In this document: piece by piece, positions 1-7,280 of the stretch
Layout of the letters: each line of letters opens with the position of its first letter
Position numbering within the stretch: position 1 is the first letter of the stretch
Assembly: GCA_963798485.1 (NCBI GenBank)
Contig: CAWCTR010000031.1
Span: 1 to 43,950, forward strand
Direction: 5' to 3'
DNA length: 43,950 nucleotides
Origin: an uncultured delta proteobacterium
GTDB lineage: Bacteria > Desulfobacterota > Desulfomonilia > UBA1062
Made by a program: the position numbers and the translations under genes
The notes under the pieces: generated by a model
Told to the model about the DNA's origin: nothing
Seen by the model: the letters and a program-made list of their open reading frames with translations, nothing else
Databases searched by the model: none

Positions 1-33
1 CGGCTTACGCCGCCGGTGATGCGCACGTTCGCC
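1..33 (+). mobile_element. attC: Partial attC site (right half) of the preceding integron cassette
   Basis: Ends in core site GTTCGCC (27-33), the exact reverse complement of GGCGAAC (676-682) at the end of the next cassette; shares CGCCGGTGATGC with the right arm of attC 676-735. Confidence 0.8.
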
Positions 34-34
34 T

Positions 35-76
35 TTGACATTGCATCTTGTCAGGATGTCATATTGGTAGTATTAT
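35..76 (+). promoter_or_regulatory. Sigma70 promoter and probable operator of TA cassette 1
   Basis: TTGTCA (48-53), 17 bp, TATTAT (71-76); overlapping inverted repeat TGACA-N8-TGTCA (36-53), as expected for antitoxin autorepression. Confidence 0.6.
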
Positions 77-102
77 TAATTGTACAATAGGAGGTACTAC
101 CA

Positions 103-384
103 ATGCCTAAAGCACCAAAGATTATCCCAATATCTGATCTCAGACAGAATGCAAGTGACATTATTAAGCGTGTAGCATCATCCCATGAACCTGTATTCAT
201 AACACAGCGCGGGAGAGCAGCTGCTGTAATGGTAAGCATGGAGAATTACGAGCACGCTCAACATGAAAATGAAATATTACGTTTATTAGCACGTGGAGAA
301 AAAGAGATTGAGACAGGAATCGGCTATGAGCTTGATGAAGTCCTGAAGGAAGCTGACAAAATTCTTAGGAGTGTAAAGTCTTGA
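103..384 (+). CDS. Phd/YefM family antitoxin
   Basis: IIPISDLRQNASDIIKRV...EPVFITQRGRAAAVMVS is a Phd/YefM signature; GGAGG RBS; overlaps the downstream toxin. Confidence 0.92.
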   Translation: MPKAPKIIPISDLRQNASDIIKRVASSHEPVFITQRGRAAAVMVSMENYEHAQHENEILRLLARGEKEIETGIGYELDEVLKEADKILRSVKS

Positions 385-671
385 GGATTCTCTTTACGCC
401 TGCAGCTCGTTTGCAATTTTTTGAAGCGTTAGAGTTCATTCGCCGAGACAATCCTTCAGCGGCAGTGGATTTTCGGCAGAAGTCGGAGAAAAGCTTATCA
501 CGTTTAAGAAAATTCCCTGAATCAGGTAGATTCCTTCCCGAGTTTCCAGATCTTCCATTTCGTGAAGTAATCGTACAGCCATATCGTTTCTTCTATAAAA
601 TTAAAGATGATGTTGCGTGGATTGTTGCTGTTTGGCATGGGGCACAATTACCTCATGAGCCAGACAAGTAG
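381..671 (+). CDS. RelE/ParE family toxin
   Basis: MRILFTPAA...LRKFPESGRFLPEFPDLPFREVIVQPYRFFY...IVAVWHG; TTG start coupled to the antitoxin stop. Confidence 0.9.
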   Translation: MRILFTPAARLQFFEALEFIRRDNPSAAVDFRQKSEKSLSRLRKFPESGRFLPEFPDLPFREVIVQPYRFFYKIKDDVAWIVAVWHGAQLPHEPDK

Positions 672-675
672 TCTA

Positions 676-735
676 GGCGAACAAAGGCATCCGCACGGAC
701 GCGCTGACGCGCGCCGGTGATGCCCCCCGTTATGC
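676..735 (+). mobile_element. attC: attC site (60 bp)
   Basis: R'' GGCGAAC (676-682), GGCATC...GATGCC arms, R' GTTATGC (729-735). Confidence 0.9.
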
Positions 736-767
736 GAAAATAGGATTGACTATCCGCAAATCACATA

Positions 768-795
768 TTGTCCTTTTATGCTTGTATGGTAAAAT
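768..795 (+). promoter_or_regulatory. Putative promoter of TA cassette 2
   Basis: TTGTCC (768-773), 16 bp, extended -10 TGnTAAAAT (787-795). Confidence 0.45.
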
Positions 796-826
796 ATGAT
801 TATCGATGCTGTCGGAGAGGTGAAAC

Positions 827-1045
827 ATGACGAGACTATTGGAGAGGGCATTTAAAGAAGCATCCAAACTCCCCGAGGTTGAGCAGAATGCGCTCGCTAA
901 ATGGGTGATGGAAGAGTTAGAAGCGGAAGGCAAATGGGAGAAGGCATTTGCGGGGTCCGAAGATATCTTGGACAAGCTTGCCGACGAGGCCCTTGCCGCA
1001 CATAAGCAGGGAAAAACAAAACTGTTGAACATCAAGGCGTTATGA
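827..1045 (+). CDS. Putative antitoxin (small acidic helical protein)
   Basis: 72 aa, GAGGTG RBS, ATGA overlap with a RelE/ParE-like ORF; two-gene cassette with its own promoter. Confidence 0.75.
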   Translation: MTRLLERAFKEASKLPEVEQNALAKWVMEELEAEGKWEKAFAGSEDILDKLADEALAAHKQGKTKLLNIKAL

Positions 1046-1320
1046 TCTCCCGAACCACTGACGACTTCTGGAAATGTTACGATAAATTGCCAGAGCAAGT
1101 AAGAAAAGAAGCCAAAAACGCATATAGGAACTTCAAAAATAACCCCTACCACCCCGGCCTCCACTTCAAACGAATACACTCGACCCGGCCGATCTTCTCT
1201 CTTCGCATCACCAAAGACTATCGGGCCGTGGGAATAGAGCACAGTAAACAGATAATATGGTTCTGGATAGGCTCTCATGGAGACTATGACAAGCTGCTGA
1301 AGCAGTTAAGAACCGCATAA
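1042..1320 (+). CDS. RelE/ParE-like toxin
   Basis: FWKCYDKLPEQVRKEAKNAYRNFKNNPYHPGLHFKRI...SLRITKDYRAVG...WFWIGSHGDYDKL, basic RelE-fold pattern. Confidence 0.8.
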   Translation: MISRTTDDFWKCYDKLPEQVRKEAKNAYRNFKNNPYHPGLHFKRIHSTRPIFSLRITKDYRAVGIEHSKQIIWFWIGSHGDYDKLLKQLRTA

Positions 1321-1375
1321 CCAGCGCATCCAGGCGGACCCTTGCGCCCGCTCGTTGCGACCAACAACATTAGAT
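1315..1375 (+). mobile_element. attC: Degenerate attC site
   Basis: R'' GCATAAC (1315-1321) matches GTTATGC (729-735) and the left arm is attC-like. The right arm pairs poorly and the best R' is ATTAGAT (1369-1375), not GTT. Confidence 0.6.
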
Positions 1376-1391
1376 ACCATAAGGAGACATC

Positions 1392-2138
1392 GTGAATAAA
1401 TCCAGTGTAATGAAAGGCGATTATGGAATAGACTCCCCGCCAGCGATTCGTAATTTGGTAATTTCTGGTGTGGCATCCATTATTGCAGGTATCATTCTGC
1501 ATTCTATCCTTGCCTCAACTCAATCACTGATAGCCATCATCTTATTGGTTTGTGGGCTACTGGCTGGAGCTAGTATGTTAGTCACTGCCGCCCTGTTGAT
1601 CTGGAGTAGCAAAGTTGGCAAACTTCAATTACGAGAAAGACTGATAGATTCACTTGCTTTGCATGGGACTGAAACTGTCCTTGATGTCGGTTGTGGGCGC
1701 GGCTTATTGCTCAATGCCGCTGCCCGACGCCTCACCATAGGTAAAGCCATTGGAATAGACCTCTGGCAAAGTGCGGACCAGTCTGGCAATCACCCTGAAA
1801 GCGCATTGGCGAATGCTAAAGTTGAAGGAGTAGCCAATCTTGTCGAAGTGAAAACAGGCGACATGCGCGAGTTGCCATTTGAAGACCAGACGATTGATAT
1901 CGTGGTTTCAAGCTTGGCAATCCATAACATCCCTGACAAACAGGGACGGGCGAAAGCCGTGCAGGAAATTGCGCGGGTACTAAATCCTGGCGGGCAGGTA
2001 GCCTTACTTGATTTTCAATGCACGGCTGAGTATGCCCGGACCTTACACAAGTTAGGTTGGCACGAAGTCAAACTCTCAGGATTGCAATTTCAGATGTTTC
2101 CACCTGTACGAGTAGTGACAGGAAAGAAACCTGCATAA
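1392..2138 (+). CDS. Membrane-anchored class I SAM-dependent methyltransferase
   Basis: YGIDSP N-terminus, two TM helices, VLDVGCGRG motif I, GDMRELPF, SSLAIHNI, RVLNPGG; AAGGAG RBS with GTG start. Confidence 0.9.
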   Translation: MNKSSVMKGDYGIDSPPAIRNLVISGVASIIAGIILHSILASTQSLIAIILLVCGLLAGASMLVTAALLIWSSKVGKLQLRERLIDSLALHGTETVLDVGCGRGLLLNAAARRLTIGKAIGIDLWQSADQSGNHPESALANAKVEGVANLVEVKTGDMRELPFEDQTIDIVVSSLAIHNIPDKQGRAKAVQEIARVLNPGGQVALLDFQCTAEYARTLHKLGWHEVKLSGLQFQMFPPVRVVTGKKPA

Positions 2139-2148
2139 ACAGTGTGTG

Positions 2149-2219
2149 GGCTAACACCGGGTTGCAGGCGACGTTGCTCCGCTGCGCTTCGCAACGCGCC
2201 TGAACCCGCACCGTTGGAT
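2149..2219 (+). mobile_element. attC: attC site (71 bp)
   Basis: R'' GGCTAAC (2149-2155); arms CGGGTTGCAGGCGACGTTGC / GCAACGCGCCTGAACCCG with extrahelical bases; R' GTTGGAT (2213-2219). Confidence 0.92.
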
Positions 2220-2230
2220 GAGGAATAGAA

Positions 2231-2998
2231 ATGAATGAACAGCACAGCAAATGGGAAACCAACGAGCTTGTACAGACTTTCTTAGAGGGAGTTCGAGGGG
2301 CTATCCCCGGAGCAAGCTTCCAGTTGGAAGTGCTCAGCAAAATTGTAAATATGTGGTGCCCTCTGCCATCCAGGATTTTGGACCTTGGGTGCGGAGATGG
2401 GATTCTCGGTCGTATGCTGCTTGACGCGCATGCAGAAGCCCATGTGATCTTTGCAGATATTTCTGACCCCATGCTGGAAGCAGCAAAAAAAAAGATCGGC
2501 GACAATCCACGCTCAACAGTCGTCAAGGCAGATTTTGCAACACCAGACTGGGTTGACGCCTTTGAGGTCGAAACCCCTTTTGATGCCATTGTGTCTGGTT
2601 TTGCCATCCACCATCAAAGCGATGATCGAAAGAAAGAGCTGTACGGTGAGATTTATGGGCTTCTGTGCGAAGGTGGGGTGTTTTTAAACCTCGATCAGGT
2701 GAGTTCGGCGACCCCCTCGGGGAGCGAGCTTTTTGACGGTTTCTTTGTTGACCACCTTCGACGTTTCCATAGCAATGTCAGCCCTGGCAAGGCAACACGC
2801 GAGATTGAAGAAGCTTACTATCAAGATAAAAAGGATAATATCCTTGCCCCCGTTGAAACCCAGTGTCAATGGCTTCGTGACATAGGGTTTCAGGACGTGG
2901 ATTGTTTCTTCAAGGTCTTTGAGTTGGCTCTGTTTGGAGGAAGAAAAGCATCCAACCAGTGCATGCAGCGGATCGCGGAAAAGAGGAAACATGAATAA
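2231..2998 (+). CDS. Class I SAM-dependent methyltransferase
   Basis: ILDLGCGDG motif I, FDAIVSGFAIHH, GGVFLNLD, WLRDIGFQDVDC; C-terminal tail reads through an attC remnant. Confidence 0.9.
   Translation: MNEQHSKWETNELVQTFLEGVRGAIPGASFQLEVLSKIVNMWCPLPSRILDLGCGDGILGRMLLDAHAEAHVIFADISDPMLEAAKKKIGDNPRSTVVKADFATPDWVDAFEVETPFDAIVSGFAIHHQSDDRKKELYGEIYGLLCEGGVFLNLDQVSSATPSGSELFDGFFVDHLRRFHSNVSPGKATREIEEAYYQDKKDNILAPVETQCQWLRDIGFQDVDCFFKVFELALFGGRKASNQCMQRIAEKRKHE
2950..2980 (+). mobile_element. attC: Truncated attC (left half only)
   Basis: ATCCAAC (2950-2956) is the exact complement of GTTGGAT (2213-2219). It is followed by an attC-type left arm (CAGTGCATGCAGCGGATCGCGG) and then directly by the next gene's RBS; no right arm or R'. 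Confidence 0.75.
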
Positions 2999-3794
2999 AG
3001 CATACGTTCACGGCTACGATCATCGAGAAAACATACGACTACAAGATCAGGCGGCTACCTTGGTCGAGTTGTTGCACTCCGACACGTCCTATCCTGCAGG
3101 AAGTCGTGTTCTGGAAGCCGGTTGCGGCATTGGGGCGCAAACTTACACACTTGCGACGAACAGCCCGAATGCCTTGATTACCTCTGTCGATATATCCCAT
3201 GCCTCTGTCTTTGAAGCCAAACAAAAGATAGCAGCCGCGGGTTTGACCAATGTTCAATTTGAACAGGCGGATATCTTCAATTTGCCCTATGGGCACGATT
3301 CCTTCGACCACATTTTCATCTGCTTCGTCCTGGAACATCTCTCACGACCCGTCGAGGCGCTGCGAACACTGAAAACACATTTGAGGCGAGGCGGCACCAT
3401 CACAGTCATCGAAGGAGACCATGGCTCCGCCTATTTTCATCCCGACAGCGCAGAAGCACATCAAGCGATTTGGTGTCAGGTTGAACTGCAGCGGCGGGCT
3501 GGTGGAAACGCCATGGTCGGGAGAGAGCTTTACCCTCTTTTACACAGCGCCGAATATAGCTCAATCCGTGTATCTCCTCGAATGGTCTACGTTGATTCCA
3601 GCAAACCTGAACTTGTCGAAGGGTTCACGAAGAAGACTTTCACGGCTATGATTGCGGGTGTTCGTGAATCGGCTATCAAGGCAGGAATCGTTGAGCCATA
3701 TGTTTTTGAAAAAGGAATTAAGGACTTATACCGTACGACAGAACCGGATGGAGTATTCTGCTATACGTTTTTCAAGGCCATTGGGAATAAATGA
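2991..3794 (+). CDS. Class I SAM-dependent methyltransferase
   Basis: Likely start ATG 2991 after AAGAGG (MNKAYVHGY...RLQDQA); VLEAGCGIG, FDHIFICFVLEHL, GGTITVIEGDHGS. Confidence 0.9.
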   Translation: MNKAYVHGYDHRENIRLQDQAATLVELLHSDTSYPAGSRVLEAGCGIGAQTYTLATNSPNALITSVDISHASVFEAKQKIAAAGLTNVQFEQADIFNLPYGHDSFDHIFICFVLEHLSRPVEALRTLKTHLRRGGTITVIEGDHGSAYFHPDSAEAHQAIWCQVELQRRAGGNAMVGRELYPLLHSAEYSSIRVSPRMVYVDSSKPELVEGFTKKTFTAMIAGVRESAIKAGIVEPYVFEKGIKDLYRTTEPDGVFCYTFFKAIGNK

Positions 3795-3796
3795 TC

Positions 3797-3888
3797 GCCG
3801 AACCAACCGCTTGAGTGGACGGCGGGAGGCGGCTGTTGCGCTACGCGGAATGCTTGTTGGCCGCCGCCACTCAGCTTGGTTGTTGGAA
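3797..3888 (+). mobile_element. attC: attC site (92 bp)
   Basis: R'' GCCGAAC (3797-3803); arms GCTTGAGTGGACGGCGG / CCGCCGCCACTCAGC; R' GTTGGAA (3882-3888). Confidence 0.88.
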
Positions 3889-3894
3889 GGAACG

Positions 3895-4779
3895 ATGAGA
3901 TATCTGAAATATCATGCTTTAGGCAATGACTACATAGTATTACGCCCAAAATCTTTCCAGCCTGTGTTGTCTCCAGACATAGTTCGTCTCATCTGCCATC
4001 GCAACTACGGCATAGGATCCGATGGAATTCTCTACGGTCCGGTGGATAGTAAATCATGCGATTTCGGTCTCCGCATATTCAATCCAGACGGAAGTGAAGC
4101 GGAAAAGAGCGGGAACGGCCTTCGTATCTTTGCACGATCACTTTATGACGAAGGGCTTGTGAGGGAACAGCCTTTTTCAGTTGAAACTCTCGGTGGTGCT
4201 GTTACGTGCAAGGTTGAAAATGGAGGGGGAATTGTTACTGTCCAAATGGGAGAAGTTAGTTTCAACAGTCAGCGTATCCCTGTTGCAGGACCACCGCGTG
4301 AGGTTCTGAATGAAGACCTTTGCATAAGCGGAAAGGTTTTAAAGTTCTGTGCGGCAACCGTCGGCAATCCTCACTGTGTTGTACTCACCGACAAGCCGTC
4401 ATCGGATGATGCCCATCACTACGGCCCGATCATCGAGAATGACCCTCGGTTCCCCAACCGGACTAATGTCCAGTTTATGAAGGTCATAGACCGAGAAAAC
4501 ATTCAAATTGAGATATGGGAACGAGGTGCCGGCTATACTCTGACATCCGGAAGCAGCAGCACTGCTGCTGCGGCAGTTGCTTACAAACTTGGTTTGTGCG
4601 GGTCAGGAATAACAGTTCATATGCCGGGCGGTGATTTAAGAATTAGCTTCAGCGATGGTTTTCAGGCCACAATGACAGGACCTGTAACTAAAGTGTGCGA
4701 AGGTGTAATGATGAGCGAAATGTTTGGAAAAACCTTCCGACAAGGCGCTCCACCGGACGTGGCTGAGCCGCGCCGTTGA
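3895..4779 (+). CDS. dapF: Diaminopimelate epimerase-like protein with Ser/Ser active site
   Basis: KYHALGNDY, RNYGIGSDG, FNPDGSEAEKSGNGLR, VGNPHCV, FPNRTNVQF, WERGAGYTLTSGS; start ATG 3895 directly after attC. Confidence 0.85.
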   Translation: MRYLKYHALGNDYIVLRPKSFQPVLSPDIVRLICHRNYGIGSDGILYGPVDSKSCDFGLRIFNPDGSEAEKSGNGLRIFARSLYDEGLVREQPFSVETLGGAVTCKVENGGGIVTVQMGEVSFNSQRIPVAGPPREVLNEDLCISGKVLKFCAATVGNPHCVVLTDKPSSDDAHHYGPIIENDPRFPNRTNVQFMKVIDRENIQIEIWERGAGYTLTSGSSSTAAAAVAYKLGLCGSGITVHMPGGDLRISFSDGFQATMTGPVTKVCEGVMMSEMFGKTFRQGAPPDVAEPRR

Positions 4780-4794
4780 TCGCTTGGGGGCAAT
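4735..4794 (+). mobile_element. attC: Degenerate terminal attC
   Basis: TTCCGAC (4735-4741) is one change from TTCCAAC, the complement of GTTGGAA 3882-3888; attC-like AAGGCGCTCCACCGGACG...CGCCGTTGATCGCTT; no GTT core on the right. Confidence 0.6.
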
Positions 4795-4871
4795 GGGGTC
4801 AGGTCCTGTAATATATTTAAGCGTGGCTATCATAAATATGATAAAGATATGAGAAAGCAAGACCTGACTCC
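4795..4871. repeat. GGGGTCAG-ended palindromic element, copy 1
   Basis: GGGGTCAGGTCCTG ... CAAGACCTGACTCC around an AT-rich interior. Confidence 0.7.
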
Positions 4872-5027
4872 GACTCCAGACTTTATATTATGGAAAAGAG
4901 CATTTCATGATTTGTGTAACCTACCTTTTGGGCTTATTGTCAGGATTGTCTCTGGCATGGGCTCCCCGGATTATAAGTTAAAAGAACCCATGTACAAGCG
5001 GGGGAGAATTCAGCAAAGGGCACAATA

Positions 5028-6452
5028 GTGAGCAAAGACCTTACATGCGCAGAGGAACTCTTTATCGAGGGGAATCGCCATATGTCCGAGGGCGATGCCC
5101 GCGAGGCAGAGGCAAGCTTTCGGGGGGCGATCAGGCTTGCGCCGGACTTTGCCGAAGCCCATGCCAACCTGGGACTGCTGCTTGATCAAGAGGGCATGCC
5201 GGCCGAGGCAGAGCATCATTACCTGCATTCCCTCACCCTCAATCCCGATCTCGGGAAGACCCATATGAATCTGGGGGGGCTGCTGGCCGACCAGAAACGG
5301 TTCGAAGAGGCTGAGGCTGCTTATCGGCGGGCACTGGAGCTGATCCCAAATTCGCCGGCTGCCTGGTCGAATCTAGGGGTGCTGCTGGCTTGCCGGAAGC
5401 AGGAAAAAGAAGCTGAACAGAGTTACCGTACAGCGATCGATCTAGATCCGGATTACCGATTGGCGTATTTCAATCTCAGCTACCTGTTGTTGCGCCAGGG
5501 CCGCTTTGAAGAAGGCTGGCGTTGTCTTGAGAAGCGGAACTGGTATGCCCGGCTGGAAAAAGATATCCCTTGTCCTCGCTGGCGAGGGGAATCGCTGAAG
5601 GGACGATCTGTGATGATCGGCTTCGAGGCGGGGCACGGCGACATGATCCAGTTCTGTCGTTACGCGGCGGTATTGAAAGCCCTGGGGGCTGCGCAGATCA
5701 CCCTGATTTGCCATCCGGCATTGAAAACCCTGTTCACCACCATGGACGGTGTGGATACGGTTTATGCCTTTGACGAGACCTTCCCGCCTTCACAGTGGGA
5801 TTTCTGGACACCGCCGCTTAGTATGCCATTCTATTGCCGGACCCGGCTCTATTCGATTCCTGCGGACATACCCTATCTGCACTCCGATAGAAAGCTCTCT
5901 GAAAGATGGTCGTCCCTGCTGTCCGGTCAGTGCGTACCCCCCGATGTCCGTGTCGGCCTGGTGTGGAAAGGGAGTACACGTTTCGAGAACGATGCCGATC
6001 GATCCCTTCCCGATCTGAAGACATTGGAATCTTTGGGCACACTCGCAGGGGTGCGCTTTTTCAGTTTGCAGAAAGGGGCCGGCGAGGATGAAGCGGCAAG
6101 TCCGCCGGTGGGCCTGCCTTTAGTGAATCTGGGGCCACGGATTTCGGACTTTGCCGATTCAGCGGCTGTTGTGATGAATCTCGACTTGATCGTTTGCGTC
6201 GACACTGCCATTGCCCACCTTACAGGGGCGTTAGGCAAGGACTGCTGGGTACTTTTGCCTGACTACAAGACCGATTGGCGCTGGCTGACCGGGCGTATCG
6301 ATTCGCCTTGGTATCCCGGCGTGATGCGCCTCTTCCGCCAGCCCAGCATGGGCGACTGGGCGACGGTGGTTGCAGAAGTGCGGGTGGCGCTGCAGAGGTT
6401 TGCAGCGACACCCAGGGTAAACAAGATATCCCTCTCGCATGCCCCTCTATGA
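5028..6452 (+). CDS. TPR-repeat glycosyltransferase (GT9-like C-terminal domain)
   Basis: Repeated PDFAEAHANLG / NLGGLL / PAAWSNLG TPRs; EAGHGDMIQFCRY, LDLIVCVDTAIAHLTGALG, DWRWL...DSPWYP. Confidence 0.88.
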   Translation: MSKDLTCAEELFIEGNRHMSEGDAREAEASFRGAIRLAPDFAEAHANLGLLLDQEGMPAEAEHHYLHSLTLNPDLGKTHMNLGGLLADQKRFEEAEAAYRRALELIPNSPAAWSNLGVLLACRKQEKEAEQSYRTAIDLDPDYRLAYFNLSYLLLRQGRFEEGWRCLEKRNWYARLEKDIPCPRWRGESLKGRSVMIGFEAGHGDMIQFCRYAAVLKALGAAQITLICHPALKTLFTTMDGVDTVYAFDETFPPSQWDFWTPPLSMPFYCRTRLYSIPADIPYLHSDRKLSERWSSLLSGQCVPPDVRVGLVWKGSTRFENDADRSLPDLKTLESLGTLAGVRFFSLQKGAGEDEAASPPVGLPLVNLGPRISDFADSAAVVMNLDLIVCVDTAIAHLTGALGKDCWVLLPDYKTDWRWLTGRIDSPWYPGVMRLFRQPSMGDWATVVAEVRVALQRFAATPRVNKISLSHAPL

Positions 6453-6468
6453 TCCGTATAGACTTTAC

Positions 6469-7161
6469 TTAAGATGAACCGGACTTATTTATGGACCTGA
6501 TCTCTCCGGCTTCCATGAAGTTCTCGAGAAAGTCCTTGTCGATTCTCAACGTGTTGCCCTCCCATAAAAGCACACCCAGCCCTTTCAGCCTGTTGATGAG
6601 CCTTGAGAGTGTCTCAGGGATGGTGCCGATGGCCGATGCTATGTCCTTTTTGGCCATATCCACCCGGTAAACCCCGCTCGTGCCGTAGTGTTCAAGAAGA
6701 AACCTGAAAAACCTCTCCTCCACGGCATAGGTCGTGAGATAGAGGATACGTTCGGTGAGGTATCGCTGCTTCTTCATGAGCATGGTGATGAACTCGTTGC
6801 GGAACCGTTTATCCTCCAGCAGTTCTGCAAAGGAAGCCCGGCCTATGGCAAAGACGCTGCCTGCAGATAATGCAGCCGCGCTTGCGGGATAGGCGGTGTC
6901 CTCGAAGATGACCACCTCGGCAAAGATCTCGCCCGGCCTGATGATGCGCAGCACTATCTCGTGGCCTTCCGGGGATGTCTTGTAGAGGCGGACATCGCCT
7001 TCCATGAGCAGGAAAAACTCAGAGCCTTTTGTCCCCTCCACAAACAGGGTGTCTCCCTGCCCGAAGCGGCGTTGTTTCCCCTTGGTTGCAAGCCTTACAA
7101 GGGCATCTTCGCTCATGCCCCTGAAGAGTTCGGTCTGTCTGAACAGGTCACGCAGTTCCAT
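6469..7161 (-). CDS. Crp/Fnr family transcriptional regulator (HcpR-like)
   Basis: cNMP domain (LFVEG...GEIFAE...YPASA) and HTH KKDIASAIGTIPETLSR; no FNR-type Cys cluster. Confidence 0.9.
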   Translation of the reverse strand: MELRDLFRQTELFRGMSEDALVRLATKGKQRRFGQGDTLFVEGTKGSEFFLLMEGDVRLYKTSPEGHEIVLRIIRPGEIFAEVVIFEDTAYPASAAALSAGSVFAIGRASFAELLEDKRFRNEFITMLMKKQRYLTERILYLTTYAVEERFFRFLLEHYGTSGVYRVDMAKKDIASAIGTIPETLSRLINRLKGLGVLLWEGNTLRIDKDFLENFMEAGEIRSINKSGSS

Positions 7162-7206
7162 TTAAGACAGCTTACTTATTCCCGGCCGGAAGAGCAAGTG
7201 CAATGG

Positions 7207-7222
7207 CTTGACCCAGGTCAAG
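7207..7222. promoter_or_regulatory. Crp/Fnr (HcpR-type) binding palindrome
   Basis: CTTGAC-CCAG-GTCAAG between the divergent Crp/Fnr gene and the Fe-S gene. Confidence 0.75.
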
Positions 7223-7280
7223 GATTCTCCCTGACAAAGCGCCTATAAAGGCTTCATAATGAACGAAGAGGGAGACCGGC

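Larger units (their letters stand above)
1..4794 (+). mobile_element. Integron gene-cassette array (distal end; integrase not in window)
   Basis: Co-oriented ORFs separated by attC-like imperfect palindromes. R'/R'' pairs match across cassettes: GTTCGCC/GGCGAAC, GTTATGC/GCATAAC, GTTGGAT/ATCCAAC, GTTGGAA/TTCCGAC (1 mismatch). Confidence 0.9.

Noticed and set aside
2919-2990. Upstream TTG start for the third methyltransferase
   Set aside because: Overlaps the previous gene; RBS and family N-terminus indicate ATG 2991.
3652-3894. N-terminal extension of the DapF-like ORF in the ORF track
   Set aside because: It runs through the previous gene and attC; DapF homology begins at ATG 3895.
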